A stretch of 64,000 bases of DNA from assembly GCA_002319915.1 (NCBI GenBank), contig DCFQ01000038.1, positions 3,370 to 67,369 of the forward strand, read 5' to 3'. Shown one piece after another: positions 36,244-45,661 of this stretch. Every line of letters begins with the position of its first letter. Positions within the stretch are counted from its first letter, which is position 1. The notes under the pieces were generated by a model. It saw only the letters and a list, made by a program, of their open reading frames with translations. It did not search any database and was not told the origin of the DNA. Made by a program: the position numbers and the translations under genes. This DNA comes from Bacteroidales bacterium UBA1800. GTDB taxonomy: Bacteria; Bacteroidota; Bacteroidia; Bacteroidales; VadinHA17.

Positions 36244-37526
36244 AACTTCTCACGAGAAGTACATATTACTATTTTGTATTTTCAATCCTGGTTCTCTTCT
36301 TCGCCGGCGTAGGCCTTTATTATACGATCAGGTCGATTGTCTACAGGCAGATTGACGAGAGTCTCATCACCGAGAAGACCATAATCCAGGATCAGATCGA
36401 GGAAACCGATACGATACCTGATTTCTCTGCCTCATTCGGACATCAGATTGAAGTCCAGCTTCTTCCGTACAGGCTGAGATATTCACAATCGATACGCGAC
36501 ACAGATATTTTTGATTCAGGTACGGAAAAATTCCTTGCTTTCCGGCACATAAGGTTTACAGGCAGCACGCCCAAATACACCGGGTATGTGATAAACATTT
36601 ACCAGCTTAATAATGAAAGCAGCAGCCTGCTTGACAGCATAGGTCTCGGAATGTTCTTCCTGCTGGTGGCCCTGTTCCTTATTTTGATAGCACTTAACTA
36701 TCTTATCTCCAGGAATATATGGAAACCATTCTACAAGACCCTCAGCGAAGCAAGATCATTTGATGTCCTAGATAATAACCGTCTCGACCTTCCGGACACG
36801 AACATCGATGAATTCAGGCAGATGAACGACGTGCTTGAAGAGATGACCCGGAAAATCAAGAAAGACTATGTTCATCTGAAGGAGTACAATGAAAACCTCT
36901 CACATGAGATCCAGACGCCCCTGGCAGTTATCCGCTCCAAGCTAGATATCCTGATACAGAACCGGAAGCTGAACAAGGAAAGCATTAATCTTATCAAATC
37001 CATCAATGAGGCCAGCATCCGGCTTTTCAGGCTGAATCAGGCCTTGCTGCTTATGTCGAGGATCGAGAACCTGCAGTTTGCCGAAACCAGGAAGATCTCG
37101 CTGAGGGAGCTGGTCGAAAAGATACTCATGAACTATGAGGAGATCATGCAGCTAAAGAAAATTAAAGTTGAAACTGAGTTTGCCGATAAGGCGATGGTGA
37201 ATATGAACGAGGACCTGGCAGATGTCATGATTTCAAACCTTCTCGGGAATGCCATTAGGCACAACATCGACGGTGGGTTTATCAGGTGCAGGCTTGATGA
37301 CAGGTCCCTGACAATAACGAACAGCGGACTGCCCCTGAAGGCTCATCCCGAAAAGCTGTTCAACCGTTTTCAGAAAGGGTCAGATCATCCCGACGGAATA
37401 GGGCTCGGGCTCTCGATAGTCAAGAATATTGCAGATCATTACAGGATGGGGATCAGTTTTTCAAGTTCGGGCACCGTTCATGAGATAAAGCTTGACTATG
37501 GAGATGATGCGTTTCGTCTTATCTGA
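36240..37526 (+). CDS. sensor histidine kinase
   Basis: 428 aa with two TM helices, an H-box (SHEIQTPLAVI), an N-box (LLGNAIRHN) and a G-box (GIGLGLSIV). Its TTG start overlaps the regulator stop codon (TTGA). Confidence 0.9.
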   Translation: MKLLTRSTYYYFVFSILVLFFAGVGLYYTIRSIVYRQIDESLITEKTIIQDQIEETDTIPDFSASFGHQIEVQLLPYRLRYSQSIRDTDIFDSGTEKFLAFRHIRFTGSTPKYTGYVINIYQLNNESSSLLDSIGLGMFFLLVALFLILIALNYLISRNIWKPFYKTLSEARSFDVLDNNRLDLPDTNIDEFRQMNDVLEEMTRKIKKDYVHLKEYNENLSHEIQTPLAVIRSKLDILIQNRKLNKESINLIKSINEASIRLFRLNQALLLMSRIENLQFAETRKISLRELVEKILMNYEEIMQLKKIKVETEFADKAMVNMNEDLADVMISNLLGNAIRHNIDGGFIRCRLDDRSLTITNSGLPLKAHPEKLFNRFQKGSDHPDGIGLGLSIVKNIADHYRMGISFSSSGTVHEIKLDYGDDAFRLI

Positions 37527-37591
37527 CATTGAGCAAACCTTAAAGTTTCGTTAAAAATCCTGCACTTCAGAATTTCTTCAAATTCGGAAAA

Positions 37592-37599
37592 TAGTTTTG
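37592..37599 (+). promoter_or_regulatory. candidate Bacteroidota -7 promoter box (TAGTTTTG)
   Basis: The sequence matches TAnnTTTG and lies 30 nt upstream of the ATG at 37629. Confidence 0.3.
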
Positions 37600-37628
37600 T
37601 TGCCATAATCAAACTAAATGGTACAACT

Positions 37629-37955
37629 ATGAAGAGGATATTTGTAATGCTGGTGTTTGTGATGGCAGTTGCAGCATTGAATGCTCAGCAGCGCTCATCA
37701 CTGAGTGTGAGTGACCTTCCGAAATCGATTACTGATTACATAAACAAGGATTATTCCGGTTTTGCAATCAGCCAGGCAACGAAGGTTGACAAGGATAATG
37801 TGATAACCTACGAGGCTGTCATTACAAAAGGAGCAATGCGCGACGTCCTTTCATTCGACAGTAACGGAAGGTTTCTGAAAAAAATTGAATCAAAGGGTGG
37901 GATGAAGAAAATGAGCCATCCGAAGCCTGCACCAAAGGGTTCAGTTAAAAAGTAG
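37629..37955 (+). CDS. small exported PepSY-like protein
   Basis: 108 aa with a signal peptide. Its SDLPKSITDYINKDYSGFAI pattern is typical of the PepSY-like proteins found beside Bacteroidota two-component systems. Confidence 0.55.
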   Translation: MKRIFVMLVFVMAVAALNAQQRSSLSVSDLPKSITDYINKDYSGFAISQATKVDKDNVITYEAVITKGAMRDVLSFDSNGRFLKKIESKGGMKKMSHPKPAPKGSVKK

Positions 37956-37975
37956 AGTTAATTCAACAAATCCGG

Positions 37976-38004
37976 AACGGCGCAGTTAGGCGCCGTTTTT
38001 TTTG
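37976..38004 (+). terminator. Rho-independent terminator
   Basis: An 8-bp GC-rich stem pairs AACGGCGC (37976-37983) with GCGCCGTT (37990-37997). A T-run follows through about 38003, 21 nt after the stop codon at 37955. Confidence 0.7.
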
Positions 38005-38098
38005 TCGTATCCGGGTCCGGGGAAATTTTGAGGATTTTGACTATTTTTGATGGTACCATAAAAGAGATCCATAAAAATCTGATCAAAATTCTTCCGCT

Positions 38099-38974
38099 AT
38101 GAAAACATTTTCAGCCATTCTTATCCTTGCCTTTGCTTCTCTTTTTTCTTCCGGATCTGCCGGCATGGCTTTTCCCGGGGAAAAAGGCAAAACCGCTGCT
38201 GAGATAATCAGCATGATAATTGCGAAAACGGGTGCAAATGAAATCCCCGGAACCGTCGATGTCATCAAGGAAGGAAATCCACAGACCGTTGTTACGGGAA
38301 TCGTGACAACGATGTTTGCCACGATGGATGTCCTTAAGAAAGCCGTCGCCTCCAACTGCAACCTGGTAATAGTTCACGAGCCGCTGTATTATAATCATCT
38401 CGATAATACTGAGCAGTTCAGGGACGACCCGGTCTTCCTTGAAAAGAAAAAATACATAAACGATCATAACCTTGTGATCTGGAGGTTCCACGACTATATA
38501 CACTTGATGAAGCCCGACGGTATCGAATCGGGAATGGTAAAGAAGCTAGGCTGGGAAAAATATGAGGTCAACGGGAGCCTTAATAATTTCCTCGTTCCGG
38601 AAACAACCCTCAGGGGCCTGCTTGCATATCTTAAGGGAATATTCCCCAAAAATGCCTTTTATGTCATAGGTGACCCTGAAATGAAAGTCTCGAAGGTCAG
38701 GCTCCTTTGCGGTGCACCCGGAAGCATGGCTCACATACACGCGCTTGAACAGTCCGGCACGGAAGTGGCACTGGCTGGTGAAGCGCAGCAATGGGAGACA
38801 TACGAGTATGTGAGGGACGCCGTTGCACAGGGAAAAAAGAAAGCAGTGGTCTTCCTGGGGCATATAGCTTCTGAAGAGGCAGGCATGGACTTCTGTGCGA
38901 CCAGGCTGAAAGGCTTTGTCAGTGGGATCTCTGTCAGCTATATCGAGAGCGGACCATCCTTCTGGTCATATTAG
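38099..38974 (+). CDS. NIF3-like (dinuclear metal centre) family protein with signal peptide
   Basis: 291 aa with NIF3-like motifs LVIVHEPLYY, RFHDYIH and LGHIASEEAG. An N-terminal hydrophobic signal-like segment is present. Confidence 0.5.
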   Translation: MKTFSAILILAFASLFSSGSAGMAFPGEKGKTAAEIISMIIAKTGANEIPGTVDVIKEGNPQTVVTGIVTTMFATMDVLKKAVASNCNLVIVHEPLYYNHLDNTEQFRDDPVFLEKKKYINDHNLVIWRFHDYIHLMKPDGIESGMVKKLGWEKYEVNGSLNNFLVPETTLRGLLAYLKGIFPKNAFYVIGDPEMKVSKVRLLCGAPGSMAHIHALEQSGTEVALAGEAQQWETYEYVRDAVAQGKKKAVVFLGHIASEEAGMDFCATRLKGFVSGISVSYIESGPSFWSY

Positions 38975-39002
38975 CCCGGTATATCTTTTGAGATCTGAAT
39001 AC

Positions 39003-39839
39003 ATGAGGGTCAAAAAGTTACTTTTAACATTCCTGCTAACCGCAACCGCAGTGGTCTTTTACCCGGCAACAGCCCAAAAAGCAGGTCCGGAATTCAGGGT
39101 CCTTGCGTTTTTTGCCGCCGAGACTGAACAGGCCCATGCATGTTTCGTCCATGAGGCCAACAGGTGGTTCTCTGAGTTATCCAAAAAGGATGGTTTCATT
39201 TACGATTCGACCAGTGACTGGAATAAGCTCAATCCCGTGACACTTAAAGAATACCAGGTAGTGATCTTTCTTGATTCACGACCTGATTCGCTGCAGCAGA
39301 GGCTGGCTTTCAGGGATTACATGGAGCATGGCGGGGCGTGGATGGGGTTCCACTTTGCAGCCTTTGCCCTTACACCGAGCGATTTTCCGCAGAACTGGGA
39401 CTGGTATCACGATACATTCCTGGGCTCAGGCCAGTATAAGAGCAACACCTGGAAGCCGACCCCGGCTATCCTGAAGATTGAAAACCGGAACCATCCATCT
39501 GGCCGAAGGCTACCCCTGAAATTCAGGTCCTCTGCAAATGAATGGTACCGGTGGGAAAAGGACCTCTCTTCCAATCCTGACATAGAGATCCTGCTTTCGA
39601 TCGATCCCTCCAGCTTTCCCCTCGGAACAGGGCCCAAGCCGCCCGAGATATGGCATAGCGGGTACTATCCTGTCGCCTGGACAAACCGGAATTTCAGGAT
39701 GCTCTATATGAACATGGGACACAACGACATCGATTATGAGAGTGTTCCCAACAGGGAGATATCGCACACCTTCGGCAATAAATTCCAGGACAGGTTCATC
39801 GAGGATGGGCTTCTCTGGTTGGCAGGGAGAAAGCGGTGA
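39003..39839 (+). CDS. exported ThuA-like domain protein
   Basis: It has a signal peptide after the ATG at 39003, which I prefer over the ORF-track start at 38916. ThuA-like blocks (VVIFLD, HGGAWMGFH) are present. The assignment is tentative. Confidence 0.45.
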   Translation: MRVKKLLLTFLLTATAVVFYPATAQKAGPEFRVLAFFAAETEQAHACFVHEANRWFSELSKKDGFIYDSTSDWNKLNPVTLKEYQVVIFLDSRPDSLQQRLAFRDYMEHGGAWMGFHFAAFALTPSDFPQNWDWYHDTFLGSGQYKSNTWKPTPAILKIENRNHPSGRRLPLKFRSSANEWYRWEKDLSSNPDIEILLSIDPSSFPLGTGPKPPEIWHSGYYPVAWTNRNFRMLYMNMGHNDIDYESVPNREISHTFGNKFQDRFIEDGLLWLAGRKR

Positions 39840-39846
39840 TTTTTTT

Positions 39847-39909
39847 GTTACACGGAGAGCGCTGAGGAGGCTCAGAGGGGGGCAAGCCTCTCCGTGCTCT
39901 CCGTGCAAG
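39847..39909. repeat. CGGAG/CTCCGTG palindromic element, complete copy
   Basis: The terminal inverted repeat pairs TTACACGGAGAGC (39848-39860) with GCTCTCCGTGCAA (39896-39908) at 12/13 positions. An internal CTGAG-GAGG-CTCAG hairpin is present. The element lies in a convergent spacer. Confidence 0.85.
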
Positions 39910-39914
39910 TTCTT

Positions 39915-41384
39915 CTATTCTCCCACTACCAGCGTTTGAATGGAGTGTCCCGGGATCTCGACAGCAACAAACTTCAGCCCGAAGCACAGGTTATAGCTGG
40001 TTTTCGTGTCACCCTGGTTCATCACAATAACTGCCACTTTCCCGTCGGGATTGAGGAATGCCGTTGACAGTAGCTGGCTCCTGCTGGGTGCGCACATTAT
40101 CCTTTTTGCCCCCGGTTTCACGAACCTGGAGAAGTGCCCGATGTAATAGTAGGAGTTTGTATAGATCAGCTGACCGGTCTTAGTATCGGCATGCACCGGT
40201 GCAAAGCAGAAATTGCCCACATGATTGGGCCCGCCCGTCTCATCGAGCAGGATATTCCAGTCTGTCCAGCCGACAGCGCCGTTGTTGAAATCGTTGATCA
40301 TAGACTTCCCGTACGATTCCCCGAGGTCCCAGGCATAGTACCTTGCCGGATCGAATGGTCCCCTGCACCCTTCGGTGAACAGCAGGTTCTTGTCGGGGTA
40401 AGCGTTGTGGACAAGCCCGACATTGCCGTACATCTGCTGACCGCCGCTCCAGTCCTCGTACCAGTGAAACCCCATTCCCCAGGCATATTTGGCGGCTTCT
40501 GGGTCACTGAAAATTGCTTCGGCACGCTGGGCGATCAGGTCGCGGTTATGATCCCATACGATTATCTTTTTGTCCGAAAGTCCCTCTTTTGCCATCGTCG
40601 GTCCAAGGAAATTTTTCAGGAAATCGCGCTCATCCTCTGCGAAATAAATGCATGATTCCCATGTCTGGGTCGCCATCGGCTCATTCTGTACCGTGATTCC
40701 CCACACGGGGATCCCCTCCTTTTCGTAGCTCCTGATGAATTTCGTGTAATAGAGCGCCCATGACTGGAAGAATTCCGGCTTCAGCTTACCACCGTGAAGC
40801 ATGTTGTTGTTGTCCTTCATGAATGCCGGCGGGCTCCACGGGCTGGCAAAAAGAGTCAGTTTGCCTCCTGCAGCGGCGATTGCCTTTTTGATAAGCGGGA
40901 TCTTGTAGTGCATGTCCGGGGCGATGGAGAAGGTCTTCAGATCCTTGTCGCCCTCTTCAACATAAGTATAGCTGGCGCTTGAAAAATCACAGCTGTTGAT
41001 ATTGGTCCTACCGAGCGTGTAACCAATGCCTTTATAAGGATCGTAGTATGCCTGCAGCAGCTCTGCCTGTTTCTCCGCAGGAAGCTTTGCAAACGTCTCG
41101 GCTGCAGCATCGGTGAGAGCACCCCCGATCCCCAGGAGAGTCTGGAAGGTTACTGACGGATTGACAAATACATAGATCCTGGATTCGATCGTCTTATCGA
41201 GATCCTGGAACCGAAGTGTGCCTGCAGTGGATAACCTCAGCTGTGTGCTGTCGGCTGTGGTAAATACGGTGACATTTTTCCCTTCAGTTGTGAATTTATT
41301 AACAGCACTCCGGGTCTCCCCGGGCTTGTTTTGTGTGCACGACATCAGGATCAGCACAAATAATATCAGGAGAGCGTTTTTCAT
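39915..41384 (-). CDS. glycoside hydrolase family 30 (glucosylceramidase-like) lipoprotein
   Basis: 489 aa with a lipobox (LMSC) and GH30 blocks ASPWSPPAFMK and WGITVQNEP (acid/base Glu region). Confidence 0.85.
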   Translation of the reverse strand: MKNALLILFVLILMSCTQNKPGETRSAVNKFTTEGKNVTVFTTADSTQLRLSTAGTLRFQDLDKTIESRIYVFVNPSVTFQTLLGIGGALTDAAAETFAKLPAEKQAELLQAYYDPYKGIGYTLGRTNINSCDFSSASYTYVEEGDKDLKTFSIAPDMHYKIPLIKKAIAAAGGKLTLFASPWSPPAFMKDNNNMLHGGKLKPEFFQSWALYYTKFIRSYEKEGIPVWGITVQNEPMATQTWESCIYFAEDERDFLKNFLGPTMAKEGLSDKKIIVWDHNRDLIAQRAEAIFSDPEAAKYAWGMGFHWYEDWSGGQQMYGNVGLVHNAYPDKNLLFTEGCRGPFDPARYYAWDLGESYGKSMINDFNNGAVGWTDWNILLDETGGPNHVGNFCFAPVHADTKTGQLIYTNSYYYIGHFSRFVKPGAKRIMCAPSRSQLLSTAFLNPDGKVAVIVMNQGDTKTSYNLCFGLKFVAVEIPGHSIQTLVVGE

Positions 41385-41524
41385 GATAAATATGGTATTC
41401 GTTTCAGCAGAATGATATCAATTGTTAAAGATAATAATATTGATAATTCCTGTATTGCAAAAATCATTGCCGGTTCACCGTTCAATTCCAGAAAAGGCAG
41501 AAAATATTTGATACTATTTGATCC

Positions 41525-42901
41525 TCACCTCATTAAGAGCCTGATGACGGCAGCCTTGAATTTGTTGTAGGGCGGATACCTGAGGGTTAAATCGAGCATG
41601 TTCGATTTGACTATCACAGAACGCATGTTGGAAAAAGTCTCAAAGGATTTCTTCCCGTGATACCTTCCGAGCCCGCTCGGGCCGACTCCGCCATAGGGCA
41701 GGTATGGTGAAGCGATCTGGATGACGGTGTCGTTTATGCCGGCTGTCCCGCTGCGTGTCCTGTTAAGGAAGGAATGGGCCAGCTTTTTACTGCCGGTAAA
41801 GATATAAACAGCGAGCGGCGTGGGATTCCTTTCGATGACGGAGTAAGCTTCTTCAAAGTCCTCAAATTCGATCAGTGGCATGATGGGCCCGAATATCTCA
41901 TCTTTCATAATGTCATCGTCGGGATGCACATCCTTCATGACGGTCGGGGCGAGGTAACATGCTCCGGGGTCAGAGATCCCGCCTGCAACGACTTTTTCCG
42001 TGTCGATCATCCCCGAAAGCCTCCCGGTGTTTTCGGCATTAATGATCCGGGCGAAATCCATGCTCATGGAAGGGTCATCTCCATAAAACGCTGCAATCTG
42101 TTTCCGGAGGAGATCGGTGAATTTCCCTGATATGCTTTTATGGACAAGAATATAATCGGGGCAGATGCAGGTCTGTCCAGCGTTTATGAATTTGCCCCAT
42201 GCGATCCTTCTTGCGGCGTAATCGAGCCTGGCATCCCCGGCAACGACACAGGGATTCTTGCCCCCGAGCTCGAGCGATACGGGTATCAGGTTCGCAGCAG
42301 CTTTCTCCATCACATACCTGCCAACCCTGGTGCTCCCGGTGAAGAAGATGTAGTCAAATTTGTAGTTCAGGAGGTATTCGCTTACCGAGTGATCCCCGTT
42401 CATGAAAGTGACCAGTTCCCTGGGAAAATTATCCAGGATCTTTTCCATGACGCCGGTTATTGCCGGCACCTGTCTGGAAACCTTTACGATGGCGCAGTTC
42501 CCGGCTGCAAGGGCCCCGATGAGCGGCATAAAAGAAAGCTGGAACGGGAAGTTCCATGGAGAGAGTATTAGTACCTGGCCGTACGGTTGGGGCCTGACAT
42601 AGCTGCTTGCAATAAAATGAACAACAGGGGTATGCACCCTTTTCACGGTTGCCCATTTCCTCAGCTTCCTGATGGCAAGGTTAAGCTCCTTTACAACAAA
42701 CCTCGATTCGGTAGCCAGTACCTCAAATTCAGGTTTATGAAAATCGTGCCATAAAGCATCCAGTATTTCCTGTTCGTGCGACAATACCAGGCTTCTGAGC
42801 TTCTTTAACGTTTCGAGCCTGTACCGCAAATCAAGTGTTTTGCCCGTGGCAAAGAACTTTTTCTGATTGTCGAGGATCAGTCCGATCTCTTCATTTTCCA
42901 T
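41525..42901 (-). CDS. aldehyde dehydrogenase (ALDH3-like, NAD(P)+)
   Basis: 458 aa with ELGGKNP and the catalytic Cys region NAGQTCICPDY. Its first 25 nt overlap the end of the upstream GMC gene. Confidence 0.9.
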   Translation of the reverse strand: MENEEIGLILDNQKKFFATGKTLDLRYRLETLKKLRSLVLSHEQEILDALWHDFHKPEFEVLATESRFVVKELNLAIRKLRKWATVKRVHTPVVHFIASSYVRPQPYGQVLILSPWNFPFQLSFMPLIGALAAGNCAIVKVSRQVPAITGVMEKILDNFPRELVTFMNGDHSVSEYLLNYKFDYIFFTGSTRVGRYVMEKAAANLIPVSLELGGKNPCVVAGDARLDYAARRIAWGKFINAGQTCICPDYILVHKSISGKFTDLLRKQIAAFYGDDPSMSMDFARIINAENTGRLSGMIDTEKVVAGGISDPGACYLAPTVMKDVHPDDDIMKDEIFGPIMPLIEFEDFEEAYSVIERNPTPLAVYIFTGSKKLAHSFLNRTRSGTAGINDTVIQIASPYLPYGGVGPSGLGRYHGKKSFETFSNMRSVIVKSNMLDLTLRYPPYNKFKAAVIRLLMR

Positions 42902-44505
42902 TCGAGTTCCATTTGTAAGAGTTTCCGTGAAATGCTGTGAACCTCGCTGTTTCCGGCCGGGGGGATTGATTCCATCGCATACTCTGCCAGGGCGGCTATC
43001 GTAAGGCTGGGATTTACGCCAATATTGCCCTGTACGATTGAACCATCGGTTATATAGAAATCAGGATAGCCGTGTACTTTAAGGTTTTTGCCGATCACTC
43101 CCATGAGAGCCGAATCTCCCATCGGGCATCCTCCAAGGATATGGGCAGTTGTTGGCCTATTCAGGAAGACTTCGAGAAGTATGTTCTGAGGGATGCCGTC
43201 CACCTTCCTTGCATAGCGTTCCAGAACCTCCTGGCCGACAGGTATATATGCAGGAACCTTATTGCGGCCCTTGTTCACAAGCTTCATCCTGCTCCCGGTG
43301 AGAGATTTCTTCCACTCTAATTTCATGGCGTTGTCGGCTGTTTGCATCACCAGGAGGATGGCAAGCTTAGTTGACCATTTGAAATTGAATAATGTTTTGA
43401 AGAATTGCCGCGGATGGGTGACCGTTTTGAACAGAAGTCTCAGCGGGCGGGGAATGGGGCCCGGCGAGCCGTCGGCGGAGAGGCCGAAGAACCATTTCAT
43501 GGCATTTGAACCGTCTGAGTATTTTACAACCTCTGCACGGGTATGGGGATCCGGACTGAAAACCGAAGTGATTGCGAGCCCGTTATTAAGTTTCTCCCTT
43601 GCCGATGATACCGCGCAAAGGGTTTCGGCATTTGTCCTGACATTGTTGCCGAGAGTGTCGGAAAGATCAGGAAGTGTTCGGAATTTATGCTTCTGCCTCA
43701 GCAGCAGGTCGATGGTTCCGAGGGTCCCGGCTGCAACAACGATCCCCTTCGACTGAAACACCCTGCGCTTTTTTCCCGGAAAGGAGGTTGTACTTCTTGT
43801 CCCGACAGTATAGACCTCCCCCGAACGGGAGATTATTTCGGCCTTAGTTTCGACAAGCACCTCAAGCCCAAGCTTTTCGGCGAACCACAGGTAATTCCTG
43901 TCGAGGCTGTTTTTTGCGTTCTCCCTGCAGCCGGCCATGCATCCGCCGCACTCGATGCATCCTTTCCGCATTGGTCCGAGTCCGCCGAAATATGGATCCG
44001 ATTCTGCTTCTTCTCCCGAAAGGTTGACACCCACATGTACGCTTTCGAAAGTCGGACCGCAATTCATGTCATTTGCCACATCGTGCAAAGCGATATCCTC
44101 AGGGTTAAGCCTTGTGTACCTGGTCCTCCCGAGCATGAAGGAAGCCTTGTCATAAAATGGCATCAGTGTCCTCTTCCAGCCGCCATCCTTTGCCCATGAG
44201 GATCCATTGAAAAAATCATCATTCGGTATATACAGGGTATTGGCATAAACAAGACTCCCGCCACCGAATCCGGTTCCGCTGAGAATGCTGGCCTCCTTGA
44301 TTAATGTCAGCTTCTGGATCCCGAAAAAGCGCAGGCCAGGCAGCCAGAGGTACCTGGGCAGGTTCCAGTTTGTCTTTGGGAAATCGCGGGGATCATACCT
44401 TTTCCCCTGTTCCAGGAGAAGGACTTTATAGCCTTTTTCTACCAGGCGGAGACTTGCAACACTCCCTCCGAAACCTGATCCGATAACAATATAATCGTAG
44501 ATCAC
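42877..44505 (-). CDS. GMC-family FAD oxidoreductase (alcohol/cholesterol oxidase-like)
   Basis: 542 aa with an N-terminal FAD motif (YDYIVIGSGFGGS) and a C-terminal GMC-like region (HILGGCPMG). Confidence 0.8.
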   Translation of the reverse strand: MIYDYIVIGSGFGGSVASLRLVEKGYKVLLLEQGKRYDPRDFPKTNWNLPRYLWLPGLRFFGIQKLTLIKEASILSGTGFGGGSLVYANTLYIPNDDFFNGSSWAKDGGWKRTLMPFYDKASFMLGRTRYTRLNPEDIALHDVANDMNCGPTFESVHVGVNLSGEEAESDPYFGGLGPMRKGCIECGGCMAGCRENAKNSLDRNYLWFAEKLGLEVLVETKAEIISRSGEVYTVGTRSTTSFPGKKRRVFQSKGIVVAAGTLGTIDLLLRQKHKFRTLPDLSDTLGNNVRTNAETLCAVSSAREKLNNGLAITSVFSPDPHTRAEVVKYSDGSNAMKWFFGLSADGSPGPIPRPLRLLFKTVTHPRQFFKTLFNFKWSTKLAILLVMQTADNAMKLEWKKSLTGSRMKLVNKGRNKVPAYIPVGQEVLERYARKVDGIPQNILLEVFLNRPTTAHILGGCPMGDSALMGVIGKNLKVHGYPDFYITDGSIVQGNIGVNPSLTIAALAEYAMESIPPAGNSEVHSISRKLLQMELEWKMKRSD

Positions 44506-44556
44506 TTTACCCGTTGGAATTGTTTTGAACGGGTAAATATATGAAAGTATGTCGAT

Positions 44557-45078
44557 TCAGTACAACCTGACTCTCATTTTTCTGAATCTGCACCTGTTGA
44601 GAACATCGCCCATCAGGGTCTCACCCCTTACCATGAGGCAGGGTTTTCTGACATTTCCCGGAAGCCTGAATACCAGTATGGTCGAATCTGAACTGCCGGC
44701 CTGCGTCGAATAATCCTCTTTCCACCCGAAATGCAGCGTTTTCTCAAGAGTTACCTGGCCGAACAGGTCATTCTCATACCTGTTACCCGGTTCATCTTTA
44801 ATATATGCAATCGAGTTGTCCCATTTATGGGCCACCCTCAAAGCCCTGTTCTGGACCCTGAACCTCACCAGGTAATAAATGCTGTCGCCAGGAGAGGCTG
44901 TCATTTCATGTTGATTCAGCGAACCGGCGACAAGTAGACTCCTGACCGAGTATTCAAAATCGTCGTGGTGGATGTTCTCCCTGATCCCGATCGTATAATT
45001 GACCCTGCCTTTGTTGCATGATGAAAAAACCAATGCCAGGAAAAGGCAGAGAGGCCCGGCTGGCAGGTACTTTTTCAT
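44557..45078 (-). CDS. hypothetical lipoprotein
   Basis: 173 aa with a signal peptide and lipobox-like FSSC. I recognise no family motif. Confidence 0.4.
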   Translation of the reverse strand: MKKYLPAGPLCLFLALVFSSCNKGRVNYTIGIRENIHHDDFEYSVRSLLVAGSLNQHEMTASPGDSIYYLVRFRVQNRALRVAHKWDNSIAYIKDEPGNRYENDLFGQVTLEKTLHFGWKEDYSTQAGSSDSTILVFRLPGNVRKPCLMVRGETLMGDVLNRCRFRKMRVRLY

Positions 45079-45091
45079 CCTGCGGCTTAAT

Positions 45092-45580
45092 TTATTCGCT
45101 TTTCATCAAGAAGAACGATCCTTCGTTGTCGCCCATGGCGCTTTTGTTCTTAAAGCTGATGGTGAAGGTGTTATTCGCCTTGTCCACTTTCCATGATTCC
45201 TTTGAAACAAGGTCATCGGGACCCGAGGAGCCTTCATAGGTTGTGGCAGATTCAAAATTCACAAGGCTGTCGCTCTCATTTAGTATGGCTTTGGATTTCC
45301 TTGGCATGCTGTAAATGTTGAACTGGTACTCCTTGCCGTCGAGGGTTACATTTTCCGTGAAAGGATATTCTGATCCGTCGCCGGTATCATATACTCTTTC
45401 CGTTAGCAGGCTGTCGCCCTTGATGGCGACTGTTATTTTTACCAGGACAGGAAAATATTCAGGGATCACTGATTTTTCCCTTACAAGCTTCCAGACGCCG
45501 TTATAATCTTCCTTCTGCGCGGAAACAAAACTGCCGGTCATAAAGATGACTGCAACTACCAGGAACAAGTATTTTTTCAT
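45092..45580 (-). CDS. small exported hypothetical protein (paralog-like of 31706-32239)
   Basis: 162 aa with a signal peptide. It shares GVW, LLTER and LDGKE blocks with the 31706-32239 product. Confidence 0.45.
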   Translation of the reverse strand: MKKYLFLVVAVIFMTGSFVSAQKEDYNGVWKLVREKSVIPEYFPVLVKITVAIKGDSLLTERVYDTGDGSEYPFTENVTLDGKEYQFNIYSMPRKSKAILNESDSLVNFESATTYEGSSGPDDLVSKESWKVDKANNTFTISFKNKSAMGDNEGSFFLMKSE

Positions 45581-45661
45581 TTTTTTCGAATAATTAAAGT
45601 TATAAAACTATCATTTTCCCTTTTAATCCAATTAATTCATCCAAAGCGGAATAGTGCCTTT

